Shown here: positions 42,929 through 58,811 of the stretch, piece by piece
Layout of the letters: every line of letters starts with the position of its first letter
Numbering within the stretch: the stretch's first letter is position 1
Program-made: the position numbers and the translations under genes
The notes under the pieces: model-generated
Told to the model about the DNA's origin: nothing
What the model saw: the letters and a program-made list of their open reading frames with translations, nothing else
The model's database searches: none
Source of the DNA: Octopus vulgaris
Lineage: Eukaryota
Length of the DNA: 64,000 bases
NCBI GenBank assembly: GCA_951406725.2
Contig: OX597818.1
Coordinates: 121,892,001 to 121,956,000, forward strand
Reading direction: 5' to 3'

Positions 42929-43025
42929 ATTATTATTATTAATGCAAGTACTTACAGTTTCGTTCCAGCACTTTCCAAACCAAAACTAATGAATGTACTT
43001 ATACATGTATGTACAAATGTATGAA

Positions 43026-43087
<62 letters not shown>

Positions 43088-44190
43088 GTATATATGTTAT
43101 CTCCATGTAGGTGAGTACATGCATACATCTCCCTATATATGTATATGTTTATATATAAATATACAAATTCAAAATGTGTACATTAATTACTTACAGTTGT
43201 ATCCCTATGAACTAATCTAATTAATTGGATAATGCATATTTTATTGTTGCCGTATAAAACTGACGTCTGACTTTTGCCAAGGGGATGAAAACACAAAATG
43301 CTGAAGTCGGAAGTCTGAACGAGCAAAAAATTAATGTAATGGCAATACATTGCATATATTGCAATATAATGTATTGATGCCTTTTATGGTAATGGAAACT
43401 GGTTGGCTTCATAACAGAAAAAAAACAAGACAAATGTATATATATATATTATATAGGCCCACATGTATAACTACATAAAGATATTCATATATATTCTTTT
43501 ATTATTTTATTTGTTTGTCAGTGGAGTATAGCAGTAGAGGGGCACGTCCCTTAAAGGTACAATCAGACAAATTGCAGTTTACACTGCTTGTTCCCTACAC
43601 ATATTTCAATATTGTGGCCATTTGCGTTCTCTGCGGTGGGTTTTCTTAGTGTTTCTTGGATGAAGATCTCTCTAACGGTACTTCAGGGTCACACTTTATT
43701 ACATTATGTTAATACAGTGCTGACGCTTATTATTCGAATACGCTCAAATACATATATGTATGCCTGTATGTATGTATGTATGTATGTATGTATGTATGTA
43801 TGTATGTATGTATGTATGTATGTATGTATGTATGTATGTATGTATGTATGTTTGTATGTATGTATGCATGTATGTATGTATACACACACATGCAGTGAAA
43901 AGCTTCGTTAGAAAGATTTTTTCTCCTCATGTGGCGAGTTGTAATGAAGAATATAAGAAGGAAATACTCAGAATCTATCTATCTATATATATTTGTTAGA
44001 TAAAATATTTACATAGTCAACCGAGTTCGCTTTTGCTATTCATGACAAAGAAATTAGTGAAAACATTGCAGTTTCACAGTAAGAAGTTTTTAGTCTATGC
44101 TGGTAGCAGGAAAAAGTTGTTTCATAAATGAATAAGTAGCTAAATATATCTAAGGGGAGGTAGTACACACACACAACACACACACACACA

Positions 44191-44271
<81 letters not shown>

Positions 44272-45958
44272 ACACGAAGAAACTTGATATGGAAATCATG
44301 TAGAATATTTTAAAGAAACGAATATCTAATTCCGCTTTGAAAATATACTACTACCAGGTCGCAAATATACATTAGCGTTTAATGAGAGGAACTAGCTAAC
44401 GCGGGTTTTCATCTCATATTTAGGGATATGTATAGTTATATGAACCGAAGAGGGAGCTTCACAGATGTTAGTCGACATGTTAGATATAGCAACCAAATTC
44501 TTCTGAAACCATATGTTACTATTTTGATTATAGGAGTTACTTGGTTATGTAACTAACTGCTTTCATCATTCTTCAGTAGCTGGATTGTGAAATCCTCGAA
44601 AGGTCACAGCTACTTACAAGACCAGAATGGACATGCCAAATTAGGAAGTTATACACCATTGATGAAACTGTGAAAGAATGCATAACATCCCAAAAGGTTA
44701 ACCTGTTAAAAGGTCCATATATATATGCCTACACATACAGATGTATTTGTACACAGATATTTATGTACGTTCACAAACACATAGATACAGACATACATAT
44801 GCAGATATCGGCATACCTATGAATACATCATTGCCTTTACAGTCATATATAAATACATACAAATATACATACGTGCATGCATACATACATACATACAAAT
44901 ATACATACGTACATACATACATACATACATACATACATGCAAATATACATACGTGCATGCATACATACATACATACATACAAACATACATACATACATAC
45001 ATACATACATACAAACATACATACATATATACATACATACATACATACATACATACATACATACAAAAACATTACCTAGTTGTTATCTAAATTCCAATGA
45101 AAGAATCTTAATTCTGAGTTAGAAACTGGCTCTTGATCTGTTTGTGAGAAATTCGAAAAATAAATGCGGGTCATATACTTATACAATCACATACATACAA
45201 ACATAATACATACATACATACATACATACATACATACATACATACATACATACATGCATACATACATACATACATACATACATATACGGACACAGAGACG
45301 TACTTATAAACATATACATGCAACCACACACATATAAATACATGCAAAGCAGAAACGTGTTCACAGCATTGTATAAACTAACCAAAGAACTTCGTCACAT
45401 TGTTAGTAACCAATCCTTTGTTGAGTGATAAAAATAAAGACAAAATAAAATAACATAAAATAAAGGAACAAGAAAAAGCAGAGGAGCAAAATGATAAAGA
45501 AGAACAAAGCAAGCATTGAAATAAAAGTGAATAATGTTATTCTTTTACATTAGCACGATGTCTGGTATTTGTAGTAGGATAGGAAATGAAGATTTATGGT
45601 ATGTATGTGTTTCCATAATGTGTTAGTAACACTGGAGATAGCAAGAGACTTTCTAATGGGGTAATCAACACGGAATAAAATAACAGCGACTGAGATAGAT
45701 ACTTAGTTAATTGAATACCTGCTAGTTGTGATAGTTTTTAACGAGCTTTAGAATACATCCATCCATATATACATATATACGTACGTACATACATATACAT
45801 GCATACTTACATACATGTATATACATATATGTACATACATATACATACATATGTGTGTATATATATAATATATAATATATATCTATATTTGTATGCATAT
45901 ATATATATATAAATATATATATGTATATTATATTATATATATCATATTATATAGTATG

Positions 45959-46280
<322 letters not shown>

Positions 46281-46964
46281 TTTAGATATACCTGTATATG
46301 TATGTATGTATTTATGTACGCATGTATGAATGCGTATGTAGAACACGACCATGCTGGATCACCTTGAACATTTTGGGTCGAACGAATCGAGCACTGATTA
46401 TTTTTTCTAAAAATCTGGTACTTATTTTATCGTTCTATCGGTCTGTCTTGACGAACCACTAGATTCGTTTGACAAAAACTCTTGACAACTGTTCCCCAGC
46501 ATAACCGCAGTTACGACCCAGACAAGTGAAAGATAATATGTGTGTGTGTGTGCGTCTGCACAGTATTCAATTTGGGAAAATATATATACATTATAGCTTC
46601 TGTCTTCTTTCCTTACTTTTACATTTTAGCTGCTCAACATCTAATCCAATTTCTTGCGAGAATGTTGCTGCGGAAATAATCTAATAGATTTACTACTTTT
46701 GCTACGATCGCAATCTACAGAGTTGCTCTCAGACTTTCTCGTGTTGGAAAGACTGTGTGCAGCATTGATAATTATCTTCTTAAACTGCTCTAAGACACTT
46801 GGTACATCTCTCTACCATCTTTTTGTCTTGGGATGCTGGGTTATCACGCTTATTGTGTAATATGTGACGCTTATCAGAATACTTTTCTAAACTTTATCAT
46901 ATTACAGCATTTGGTGGTCTTGCTCGCCCCAGGCATCGAGGCAGTATTTGTATTAAACCTGTGC

Positions 46965-47313
46965 AGACTAGGATGTGCAGCTCGTAGATCAGGGACTCTT
47001 CGGGTCGAGCCGCTCTTACTCCGCATTGAAAAGTAACAGCTTCAGTACTACGGATATGTGATGAGAAAGCTGCAGAAATGGATCGTAAGACAGATGCTCC
47101 AAACCGAATCAATCAGCAGGAGCACTAGGGATAGCCAAAGAACGAGATGATTGGATTGGATAATAACTATAGTCTCAATTGCTCAAGTTTGGGGATCTAA
47201 CACTGACGTTTAATGACGGTTGTTTCAGAAAGGACCTTATTGAAGATCTGTCTGCGGTCTCTTACAGCACGTTCCCCACCAGCAATAGCACGCAGAGGAA
47301 ACTAGATTAAGAG
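46965..47313 (+). mobile_element. RTE-clade LINE 3' remnant
   Basis: LRVEPLLLRIEK*QLQYYGYVMRKLQKWIVRQML..RSTRDSQRTR*LD resembles the RTE C-terminus VEPLLLRIERSQLRWFGHV.RM...GRPRTRWLD. Confidence 0.75.
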
Positions 47314-47587
47314 AATATTCCTATTGTAAGAGTTCATAGTGTCTATTTAGGTTTGTTCAATTTTACTCAGTTGCTTAAACATCATAGCTTATGGTTGGTA
47401 CAGCAAATTTGAAAATAGCTCCGGTAATAGTTTTGCTATTTAGATTCCCCCTACACATCTTTACATGTCTGCACACAACCTTGCGTGTTCTTTCACGTCT
47501 GTACATGTCCTTACATATTTTTATATTTCCTTATACACTCCTACATCTGCCCTCTCGTTCCTGTACATCTTTACATATCTATAGTGC

Positions 47588-47825
47588 AAAAAAAAAACAC
47601 ACACACACACGTACAAGGACGAGGTAAGAAACGCTTGGGGAAATTAGAAGTCTTTAAGGTTTCGAACCTACGCTCTTACACGAAACGGATAGATGAGGAG
47701 AGAGAAAACTAAAAAGAAGAGGACAGGCATGTCTCTAATAGACGTCACCGCATGCTGAAATGATCGGAAGAGGAAGAAGTTGGCTTGAGACGTGGTGGCA
47801 AGGGGGAAAACAATGATCTGGCATA
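47588..47825 (-). mobile_element. Older copy of the 8124-type terminus with an eroded hammerhead (47652-47686)
   Basis: agtctttaaggtttcgaacctacgctctt aligns to agtctttaacgtttcgagcctacgttctt at 8211. Confidence 0.5.
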
Positions 47826-47844
47826 TGTGTGAATATGAAGCTTA

Positions 47845-47903
<59 letters not shown>

Positions 47904-48315
47904 TCTTTACGTATATACGTCCCTACATGTTCCTATATCTGTCCTGAATGAGTTAGCTGCATAACCTCATAACTTAAACCCACTTATCTCTTATCCCCTC
48001 AAGACATCATATGAAAAATTCCTCTCGAATTTCTAAGATGTCCACATTTTAACTCCAGATATTGATCAACATATGTACAAATTCAATATCAAGTCCCTCA
48101 GACCCATAACTCTGGGGATAGGGAGCATGTAAATGTCATAGACACTTTTAGTCTCCTCTTGAACAACTGAAAAGAAAAGGAAACAACAAAAATAAGAGCA
48201 GCATCAGCAATAACAACAACAACAACATTGTCGACATCATCATCATCATCATCATCATCGTCGTCGGCGTCGTCGTCGTCGTCGTCGTCATCATCATCAT
48301 CATCATCGTCATCAC

Positions 48316-48371
<56 letters not shown>

Positions 48372-49211
48372 CCATCGACGAATACAACAGCTGCGTCATG
48401 AGTTCAAATTCCTTTATGATCGATTAATGTATTTTATCACTGTTAGATCGATAAAATAAGTACCAGTTATGTAATGGAAGTATATATCTCAACTACATGC
48501 ACGTCCGTCTTCAAGAAATCTGTTTCCTTATGAGCCAACGAGAAACCTTCTTCGTGGACACACAATCTACTACATACTGTAAGTGAAATCGTCTTTAATG
48601 TACACCCTAACAGCCGTTTCGAAAGTAACCATAGAGATATATTGATTATATAGTTCTAAATGCCAAAGGACAAGGTTATACCACTGTATGGCACATTTAT
48701 CTAGTCTGTTCACTAACAAATGATCTGGTTCAAAACAACAATAACAAGAACAACAGCAACAACGACAACAACTCCACCTACATATGTTGCAGTTGTATCA
48801 GTATAGGAATATATAATTATATTCTCTTCAATTTACTATCACTATTATTATTGCTTAACTGAATTCTGACTCAGCTAAATTAAGGAGATGTACCAAATAT
48901 AAAAAAAAATGAAACAAAACAAGTCAACAATGACTCTACATTGAAAAGTAATACCATACATATCTCTATCAGTAAATCTCTTCTTCCCTGACTTTCTCTT
49001 ACAGTCGAATACTCAATAAATAAATAAATAAAAAGCTAGTGACTTGAATCCTTATAAATGTTGGATGATGTGAAGTCTTAACTCCTTAAGCCCGGCGGCA
49101 TCTCATATAATCTTGAATTTTAATAAGACCTATGTTTCTCTACGGAATGTTACACTTCGGCAATAAAATATCACTTACACACTAGATAAGTGGCAAGGAG
49201 AAAAATATATG

Positions 49212-49270
<59 letters not shown>

Positions 49271-49576
49271 GTATATATATGTATCCTAATCGTATGCGCA
49301 CTAGCGTACCTACATACATATACACATTCAGACACTCTCATACACACACATAATGCGTATGCATGTATGTATGCCAAAAAATAATATATATTACGAATCA
49401 TTAATTTCAACATTTTAATTCCTGATAAAAATCTGTTGTTCTTTTTTTTTTTAAATTTATGTTTATTGTTTTTACTTTATATTTTAATTTTCTTTATTTT
49501 TGCAATGAGAACACTTCAAAATTGAATTTACGAAGTTTCTTTATTAACAGTTCCATCAAATCTTTGTCGATGTATG

Positions 49577-49629
<53 letters not shown>

Positions 49630-49964
49630 GCGCGCGCGCGCATAGATATACGCATATATGTGTGTATGCATATATACACACTAGCATACACAAATGCATA
49701 CATATATGCATATATATATATATGAGTGAGGATTAAGATTCTCCAAATGTTAATAACATTGAGTCTTGAAATAGAATGCTAGCAGTTAACAACTCAATTT
49801 ATTTCCGTATATTTTAGTAATTATCATTTTTAATATAGATTTATATACTTAATTTGTTTTATTCACAGAATTTCATATCGAAATTTGCTTTAACTCAATA
49901 CTTTCACTTTTGTTTCCCACCGCTCCCTCCAATATGTTTACTGGGCGTAGTGTTTTTATATATT

Positions 49965-50034
<70 letters not shown>

Positions 50035-50258
50035 GTATGTATGTATGTATATATATATTTGTCCAGAATCACGCCGGACGCGGAGGAGGAGAGAAAATAG
50101 TAATTCAGTGAAGGAGAAGTAGTGAGAGAAAGTGATAGCAATGATAGAAAAAGGAAGGGATGACAGATGAATAAGGAAGGAAGGGGTGGATTTGGTAGAC
50201 GGAAACTGAAAGAAGCCCGTCGTACACACACACACGCACACACACACACACACACACA

Positions 50259-50299
<41 letters not shown>

Positions 50300-50973
50300 T
50301 TATGAGTGCCTGTGTATCTCTGTCTCCCCGCCATCGCATATAAATATATACATACATGCATACATATATATATATATACATATATGGGTGTGCGTGTGTG
50401 TGTGCGCGTGCGCATGCATGTGAGTGGGTGTGAGTGTAAGTGCATGTATGTGTGTGTGAATGTGTTTAAGCGAGGATGAATGATCATCGTGTGCGGCTTA
50501 CTAAAGCTGTAAATTAGGGAATTCAATACATTTGTTTCGCCAAGGTTTTTAAATATTTCTTATGGAAATTGGAAGTTTCAATGTTTCACAGTATGTGGCA
50601 GTTTCGTACTCATACATACATATCTACGCACACACACACACACGCACATATGTGTCTGTGTGTGTACACTTATAGATACATAGCATATATATGTAAATAT
50701 ATATGTGAACATATTTGAAAGTATACATACACAGACACACAAACACATGCACATACACACACAATCACACACACACACACACACACACACGCATGCACAC
50801 TTACAGATATATGCATACATACGTATATTCACGAACGTACCACTTTATATTATTATATATAAGGAAAAGTTGAGAGCGATTTCAAAGTTTCGGCTCTGTT
50901 GCTTCCGTCAGATTTTATTTAAATTAAATTTTGGCTATTTTTAAATACATCTATACTATCATGATTATTGTTG

Positions 50974-51140
<167 letters not shown>

Positions 51141-51580
51141 AGTCTGTCTGACTGTTTGTCTGTCTATCTATCTATCTATTTTGTTTTTCCTCTTCCCCTT
51201 TTTTCCCCTCTTTTCTTCTTTTTTCATTTCTCTTTTCTGTTGTTCCTTTTCCTTTTCTTTTTTTTCTTTTTTCTTTTTTCTTTTTTATTTTATTTATTTA
51301 TTTTTTTTTGTTCTTTTCTTCCCTTTTACGATCCCTCTTGATCGAAAACCTACGCCACCCCTTTTTTTTGTTTCTTTTGTTTTTTTGTTTTTTTCATCCC
51401 CCAAAAGAAAAGCTCTACCTTGTAACTTGTCCCATCTGTGTGCAGCCCTGTGTGGCCAATAAAGAAACTTATCTATCTACTTACATACTTGTCTGTCTCT
51501 CTACCTACCTACCTACCTACCTACCTACCTACCTACCTACCTACCTACCTACCTACCTACCTACCTACCTACCTACCTAC

Positions 51581-51640
<60 letters not shown>

Positions 51641-52293
51641 AAAGATATAGTAGCGCTCATATTAAGTTTTTTTACACCCAGATGTATAATATATCTAAAC
51701 ATAATTGTACTGATGTAGATAGATGTATACATAGAGACATAGACACACAATGAACTCCAGTACCGTTTCTGTCTACCGATTTCCAAATACACGATATCGG
51801 TTAACCTATAGTTATCATCAGAGACACATGCCCGAGGGTCCACTCAGTGGAATCAAATCTGGAAACACGAGCGTGAAATACCAACCGCTGAAACACGCAG
51901 ACATGCCTGAAACAATTGTCCTTCCCTGAAGATCGCCTCGTCGTGAAACTCGAGACTAAATAAACTGTATACGTGTGTGAAACTTTACGGTACGCATACA
52001 CGTACATGCATACAGAAACTCTTTCCGTCATTTAATTTAGATCTACTTTGCACAGAGAGCGCAGTGAGTTAAAATTAATTACAACTAAATTGCTTAATTG
52101 TAAAACGTATTCAAGTAACCGTCCGTTTACCATAACAACTACAAATTGAAAAGCCGAAAAAACAAAAAAAAAATGACAACAAAAATACTTTAAAAAATAT
52201 AAAATACATAGAAATAAAGCAAGCAGAGCAACAACAACGCCAATAACAGGCATTTAAAAATTATTTATACTTCTTCGTAGTTAAATTGCTCCC

Positions 52294-52413
<120 letters not shown>

Positions 52414-52664
52414 ATATATATATATATCTGTGTGTGTGTATACATACATATTCACATACATATATATACATTTATGTATATATATATATATATACATATA
52501 TACATACATATATGTGTATATATATATGTATACATATATACATATATATTTACATATATATATATTTATATACATATATATATATAAGTATGTTTATATG
52601 TATATATATATGTATATATATATATATGTATATATATGTATATATATGTATATATTTATATGTA

Positions 52665-52761
<97 letters not shown>

Positions 52762-53301
52762 TTCAGACATACACATATGCCTATATGTATATATGTTTGT
52801 GATATAAATGTCTAATTTGCCTCTAGCAAAGCTAAATAAATATTTCTTCTTTAATCGACTCCATTTTGAGAAGGTAAAAAATAACAAATAATAAGGACTC
52901 TAAAACTAAATAAAAGAAAATAGGAAAAACTATATAAATTGACAGTGAATAAGATTGATTTTTTTATCGTCTTTCTTCTCTTCATGGAGAAATTGCCAGG
53001 AGCAGCCTTCTCGCTCGCGCCTCCCTCTCTCTCTCTCTTCATGTATGTATGTATGTATGTATGTATGTATGTATGTATGTATGTATGTATGTATGTATGT
53101 ATGTATGCATGTATACATTTACACACGTATTATATGTGCGTTGTGTGTTTTATGTGTGCGTGTGTGTTTCTGTTCATGTGTGTGTGTGTGTGTGTGTGTG
53201 CATTACGTTAAAGTAATCAGAAAATAATTAAATGGACTTTAGAAACTCTATGAGTAACAGAATATGAAAATTTTCGCAATCAATTGGCGAAATGAAATGG
53301 A

Positions 53302-53385
<84 letters not shown>

Positions 53386-53787
53386 GTCTGCCTGACTGTC
53401 TGTCCGTCTCTCTCTCTCTATCTATATACCTACTACTTACCTACCCACCTACCTACTTATCTCCCTCCCTCTATCCCTCCCTCCCTCCCTCCCTCCCTCC
53501 CTCCCTACCTACCTACCTACCTACCTACCTACCTATCTATCTTTATCTATCATCTATCTCGTGCTTTCTCACCCTCCCTCTATCTATATGTATACATACG
53601 TATATGTATATTTATCTCTATACATATGTCTATATACGTGTATCTATATACACACACATAGACACATACGTCAATCTGTTTATCTCTCTAGCTATCTCGA
53701 TTATACAAGTTTACACGCACATATCTTTACATATGTGTATAAGTTTGTTTGTGTGTGTATATATATATGTATATATACACGCCCATG

Positions 53788-53861
<74 letters not shown>

Positions 53862-54666
53862 AAAATAATAATGCAATGCAAATGTATTACTCTCCATATG
53901 TTTCTATATTTGTATACATAATCACTTTATACACGCGCTCATACACACGCGCACACAGTAACATACACACAAACATATGCACAACGCTCAGTGGGTGTGC
54001 GTTGGCATGTACGAATGTTTAAAAGTGTCCCCACTGCAATCGTCGTGTTTAGGTAAACAATGACACAACACTGTAACGCGAGCATAGCCAAAACCTTGTG
54101 ACTGAAATTTTCTAGACAGACGGAGACGACGCGAAAACTCGTGAAATGAATTCTATGAGTATGTGACAAAGCCAACTTTGCGTAATACAGTGTCGCACAT
54201 AAATGAAGCTAAGTATTTCTTTAAGCATAGAAGTGACTGCGGAATACTTGACCACTAGTAATCAATATATCATTTAATAGATCGTTCATGGCGTCTAAAA
54301 TCAACGTAATTTATATTGAGTGGTGTTTATAAGAAAAAAAATTGTATTTCTTCATGTCATGCATTTATATATGGTGCAGACATGTTTATGTTGTTGAGAA
54401 ATTTGCTGCAGAACCAGGGTGTTTCGGGGTCGATGCCACGGGTCCGCTTCTTGGTAATGTATCTGCTACTATATACTTGTAAGTAGAATTTGATAGACAA
54501 TAACTGTGTGGGAGCCTGTAAGACGAATGATTGTTGTTCCCATTCACACCTTTGACAGACACCACTCTGCTGTAACACTTTCCACAAGACTCTATTTTAG
54601 TAATAATTTCTTTCCTTCTTTCTATTCTTGAAGACGCCGCAAAATCCCGTAGGCACTGCTTGTTTT

Positions 54667-54985
54667 TCTTTACGTATCCACCTACTAGTAAAGAGCAGAT
54701 CTGATTAACGTTATTGATACTTTTCCTTATCGGGTCTGCAGAAAGGGGCAGAGCCCAAATTCTTTACGTATCCATCTACTAGTGAAGAGCAGATCTGATC
54801 AACTTTATTGATACTTTTCCTTATCGGGTCTGCAATAAGGGGCAGAGCCCAAATTCTTTATGTATCCACTTATGTATCCACCCACTAGCGAAGAGCAGAT
54901 CTGATCAACTTTATTGATTTCTTTTCCTCACTTGGTCTGCAGAAAAGGCAGTGCCCAAATTCTTTGCGGACCCATCTAGACTGGT
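54667..54985 (-). repeat. Three ~94-bp tandem units plus a partial unit forming the 3' end of the adjacent LINE
   Basis: Units start at about 54667, 54761 and 54855 (tctttacgtatcca...gagcagatctgat...ggtctgca...gcccaaat). Confidence 0.88.
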
Positions 54986-55376
54986 GAGATTAATATTATT
55001 AATGTTCCTTTTGAGCCTTTGTAAATCAATAACTGCAAGAAAGACATGATCAGGATGGGAGTTCCTGATTCCCAACGTTCTGGGAAGGGACTAGAGATTA
55101 ATGTAGGGCTTGGGGAAATGGACAGAACAACGGTGATGGGGGGAACAAGGACCATTGTAAGCTTGGTAGAAAAATAGAGAGATGAGATAGTGCCTGTGGA
55201 CCAGAAACTAGAGTGCGTCTCTGAGTGCCTTTATACCAATAAGTTGGGCGGCTCTTTTCTGGATACGGTTTAGGATGTTTGCATGTGCATCAGCGGCACC
55301 GTCACAGACGTGAGAGCAATACTCCATTGTGTGCCACACGATATTTGTACAGTGTCAATATTTGTTGGAGGCTAAA
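54960..55376 (-). mobile_element. CR1/Jockey-group LINE ORF2 C-terminal remnant
   Basis: The minus strand reads QQILTLYK..MEYCSHVCDGAADAHANILNRIQKRAAQLIG..LVHRH..SLFFYQAYNGPCS..SLPRT..RNSHPDHVF..DLQRLKRNINNINL, with stops. Confidence 0.8.
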
Positions 55377-55569
55377 TTACACACATTTCTAACTATATAC
55401 CTCGTAGTAAACAGACATTAAACATTAAATAAAAAGACACTCACGCACAGACATACATGAAGTAAAACGCAGCATATAAAGAGAAAAGAAGTATAAAAAA
55501 AATAAGTCCGATCCTACCGTAGAATACTGAACAGGAACTTCAATATGCAAACTTACCTACAAAAGAAAA

Positions 55570-55990
55570 AGAAAAAATTGTAATATATGATAATTTTAAA
55601 ACCAAGAAATGGTACTTATAAGGCAAAAATAATAATTGTAATACAAGGCATGATGTTTGTAAGTCAAGGAATTATAAGGAATAATAACTGGGACACGAAA
55701 TGACAACTGTAAAGAAATGAACGATAATTATAAGTGAGCTTGATAGCGAGAGAATAACAGAAAATTTAAAGCACGGGATGACAATTTTGAAACAGAAAGC
55801 GAGGCAAGAAATGGTGACTGTAAGAAGAGAAGAAAGGGCAACTGTAAGGCAAGAAAAGACAATTTTAAGGCAGGAATGATAATAATTGTAAGCCCCCTAC
55901 ACCACCAAAATCGACAATTATACAAGCAAGACACGTTAACTGCACGGCCAGGAGGAAAGAAATGATAACTGCGAGTGAGAAAGGGCTGAT
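55570..55990. repeat. Ancient degenerate ~21-bp minisatellite
   Basis: Recurring variants of caagaaatgataattgtaagg, e.g. caagaaatggtacttataagg, caagaaaagacaattttaagg, caagaaatggtgactgtaaga. Confidence 0.6.
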
Positions 55991-58811
55991 AAATTAATGT
56001 GTCTGATAAGTACGATGAACGTCAATGCTGAAATTGCAGGTGATGATGACGACAATTACAACAATGTTGATCATGTTTGATGATAATGATGATTAGTTTT
56101 TACAAAAAAAAAACACTTCAAAACCTAAAACAACCATAGTTATTGGGTGTATTGGTAAGAATCGTTGGTAGACCATCCTACGTTATGATTTGCTTAAGAG
56201 AATTTAATGTCTCTGTATTGTTCCTAATTATTTTCAGGTAGCATGTCATTATAGTCATCTTCGCTTCTAATTTCTTCAAGAATCAGTAAAATAAATACAA
56301 AGCATGTACTGGGGCCATTGACATCTCCATACCACTGTGGATCGCGCGAATCATCTTCGCAACCAAATCACTCGCGTCTTCGACTCATGTAGAACAATCT
56401 CTGTCATTACCACTAGACGCCATAATTACAGACATAGGAACCTTCCACGTGGTCATTTGAACAGATAGTTAAAGCGGCCACAATCCCTCAGATCACATCT
56501 ATCGACTTGAAAATGAAAGAAGGGCATATTGGATAACATATACCAAGGTACAGTGTTGGAAAAAAGCAAAAAAAAAAGAAAAAGATATGACCATCATGGC
56601 TGTCATCGTTCTACAATCATAAATTTACTCAATTAATTCTAGGATACGACAATTGCAACAATATCGTTAAGTCTACTTTATGTTGCAAACGCTGTTATAC
56701 TTTAAGGCCTCAGTGGTGTAACTAACAACTTCGATGAATTTCTTTGCATCTACTTCCATGTTTATAAGATAGGGTACTTCTGTTACAATCCTGGGGTAAA
56801 GTTGTTCTGCCTCTGCGTGAATGTAGGATGGACAGAAGCACCTGCCACCCACACATTTGAATTGACAATGTTGTGCTGTCATTGTTGTTGATTATGACGG
56901 TGACGACAATGATGATCCTGGTGAACAAATCCCATATTCCTCATGATTATTGGGACTATAGGTTTTGCAACTTTCGTTTTTATTGTGTCGTTGATTCATC
57001 AGCTCAGTTTGAACAAGCCTATGATCACTTTCCAACCGTGTTTATTTTGTACTATTTCCCCTTCTTAACAATGATCCTAACAAGGACTACATCATTGAAT
57101 GTAATCTTTTCTAAGATGGCAGAATGAATTTGAAAAAGATTTTACTACTCCCTCATTGTTTCTTTTCTCTTTATATTGATGAACAAAGAACGTAATCTTT
57201 TTGAAATTGCTCTGAATAGTGTTAAAGAAGTCAACACTATCCTGACTCTATTAATTTACAGTTGTGAGCACAAGGACCATTCTAGATCCCATGCCTACAC
57301 CTTTACTTACAGAGGCTGGAGTCTTTTGTAAAGCAAGCAACAGAAAAGCATTAAAATTGGCTTTCAACATCACTTTCATTCGGTAAATCAATGGAATGGT
57401 TGTCTTGATAAATTTATTGTTATACAACTATATCAAATTAAAAGAGACAAAGGAAATAGACAAAATGAAACGAATTGAAAAGAGCCACTTCTTTGAATAC
57501 AGGGGCTGTTAACAAGTGAACCAAAAACTCTTTTCTTATGAAGTTAGTTTTAATATACCCCTACTTGAACTTTACAGGCTTCATAGACTTTTGTTACAAA
57601 AGTAACAGAAAGGGATTGTCTTCCAGTGACTTAAACCTAATTAGTTATGCATAATAAGTATCTAGTTAAAACTTGAACAGATACGCATAATCAACTTCTC
57701 GTTTATCTGTGAACCTCCAGAGGAGAACACTCGACTTTAATCAGTGCTTTGACCCTTTTGTTATTATTCTGAATCCCTCGAGGATTGTGTAATAAAATTT
57801 GATTATTTCTCGGTCAAGAACTGTCTATTGTAATTGTGACCTCAGCTTCATAATTTGGACGTCCATTCTCGACATTAGCTTTACGCATAGGTTTCATATT
57901 AAAATAGAAAAAAGAAAATCTTTTGAAATTTTATCGAATTTAGGATCGTCAACTTAAATTGTAAGTCACAGCTAGAATAGTTGATAGCGTTCTGATTTAC
58001 AGGTTACCAGTTTGAACCCTGTTTAGGGTGTAATATTTGGCCGTTAGCAAATATGTAATGATAATACGGTCTTCAGATCGAATTATGGCAGTTATGGTTT
58101 CACTGTTTTATCAGATTACTACCACTATTTACACGTACTGGTGTAAATAGTACGTGTAAATTGTACTATTTACATGTACTAGTAAATAGTACTATTTACT
58201 AGTATATTGGTTACAATAGTACTAGAAAAGTGGTTATAACTCCGAAGAGGAGGGGCATTTGAACTCAGTATGCTTAGCACCGGAACAAATACCACAAGGT
58301 GACCCTAGCGGCAACGATTCCACCTATCCACTGCTTTGGAGTGATATGTATTTATTGACACTGAAATGTTGAGAAGGCAATGTTTACCTCAGGAGGATAA
58401 AACGCATCACGCAGAGGATCGAAACCACTACTGTAAGGCATTTCAGCCAATAGCCTATTGACAAATGTGCTCATATCTAACTAGTCCAGTTCTGTTACTA
58501 AACATGTACCAGAATCACAGCTAACTATAGCAATAAGTTGTGAAATAACAAAGTAAATTGTCCACTATTTCTATTCTGTCACTACTTCTTAGCTATTTCC
58601 ATGACCAAAGCGAGCAACTCTCATTAACTCACTTCATATAAGTTTTAATAGGGGCACTGTTTAAGAATGTAGAATACACCTACTGTTTACATAGCGCTGA
58701 TATTATTTTAAGTTTTCTAAGCTTAGTGACCACGGTTCATGTTTTGTCTATGAACCTGAATAAGGTAACAAGAAGTATATATTAGCCACAGAGTCAGTAT
58801 TAATACCGAGT

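Noticed and set aside
51926-51957. CTGAAGA..GAAACTCGAGAC hammerhead-like string
   Set aside because: No stem I pairing and U16.1 is absent; cannot be distinguished from chance.
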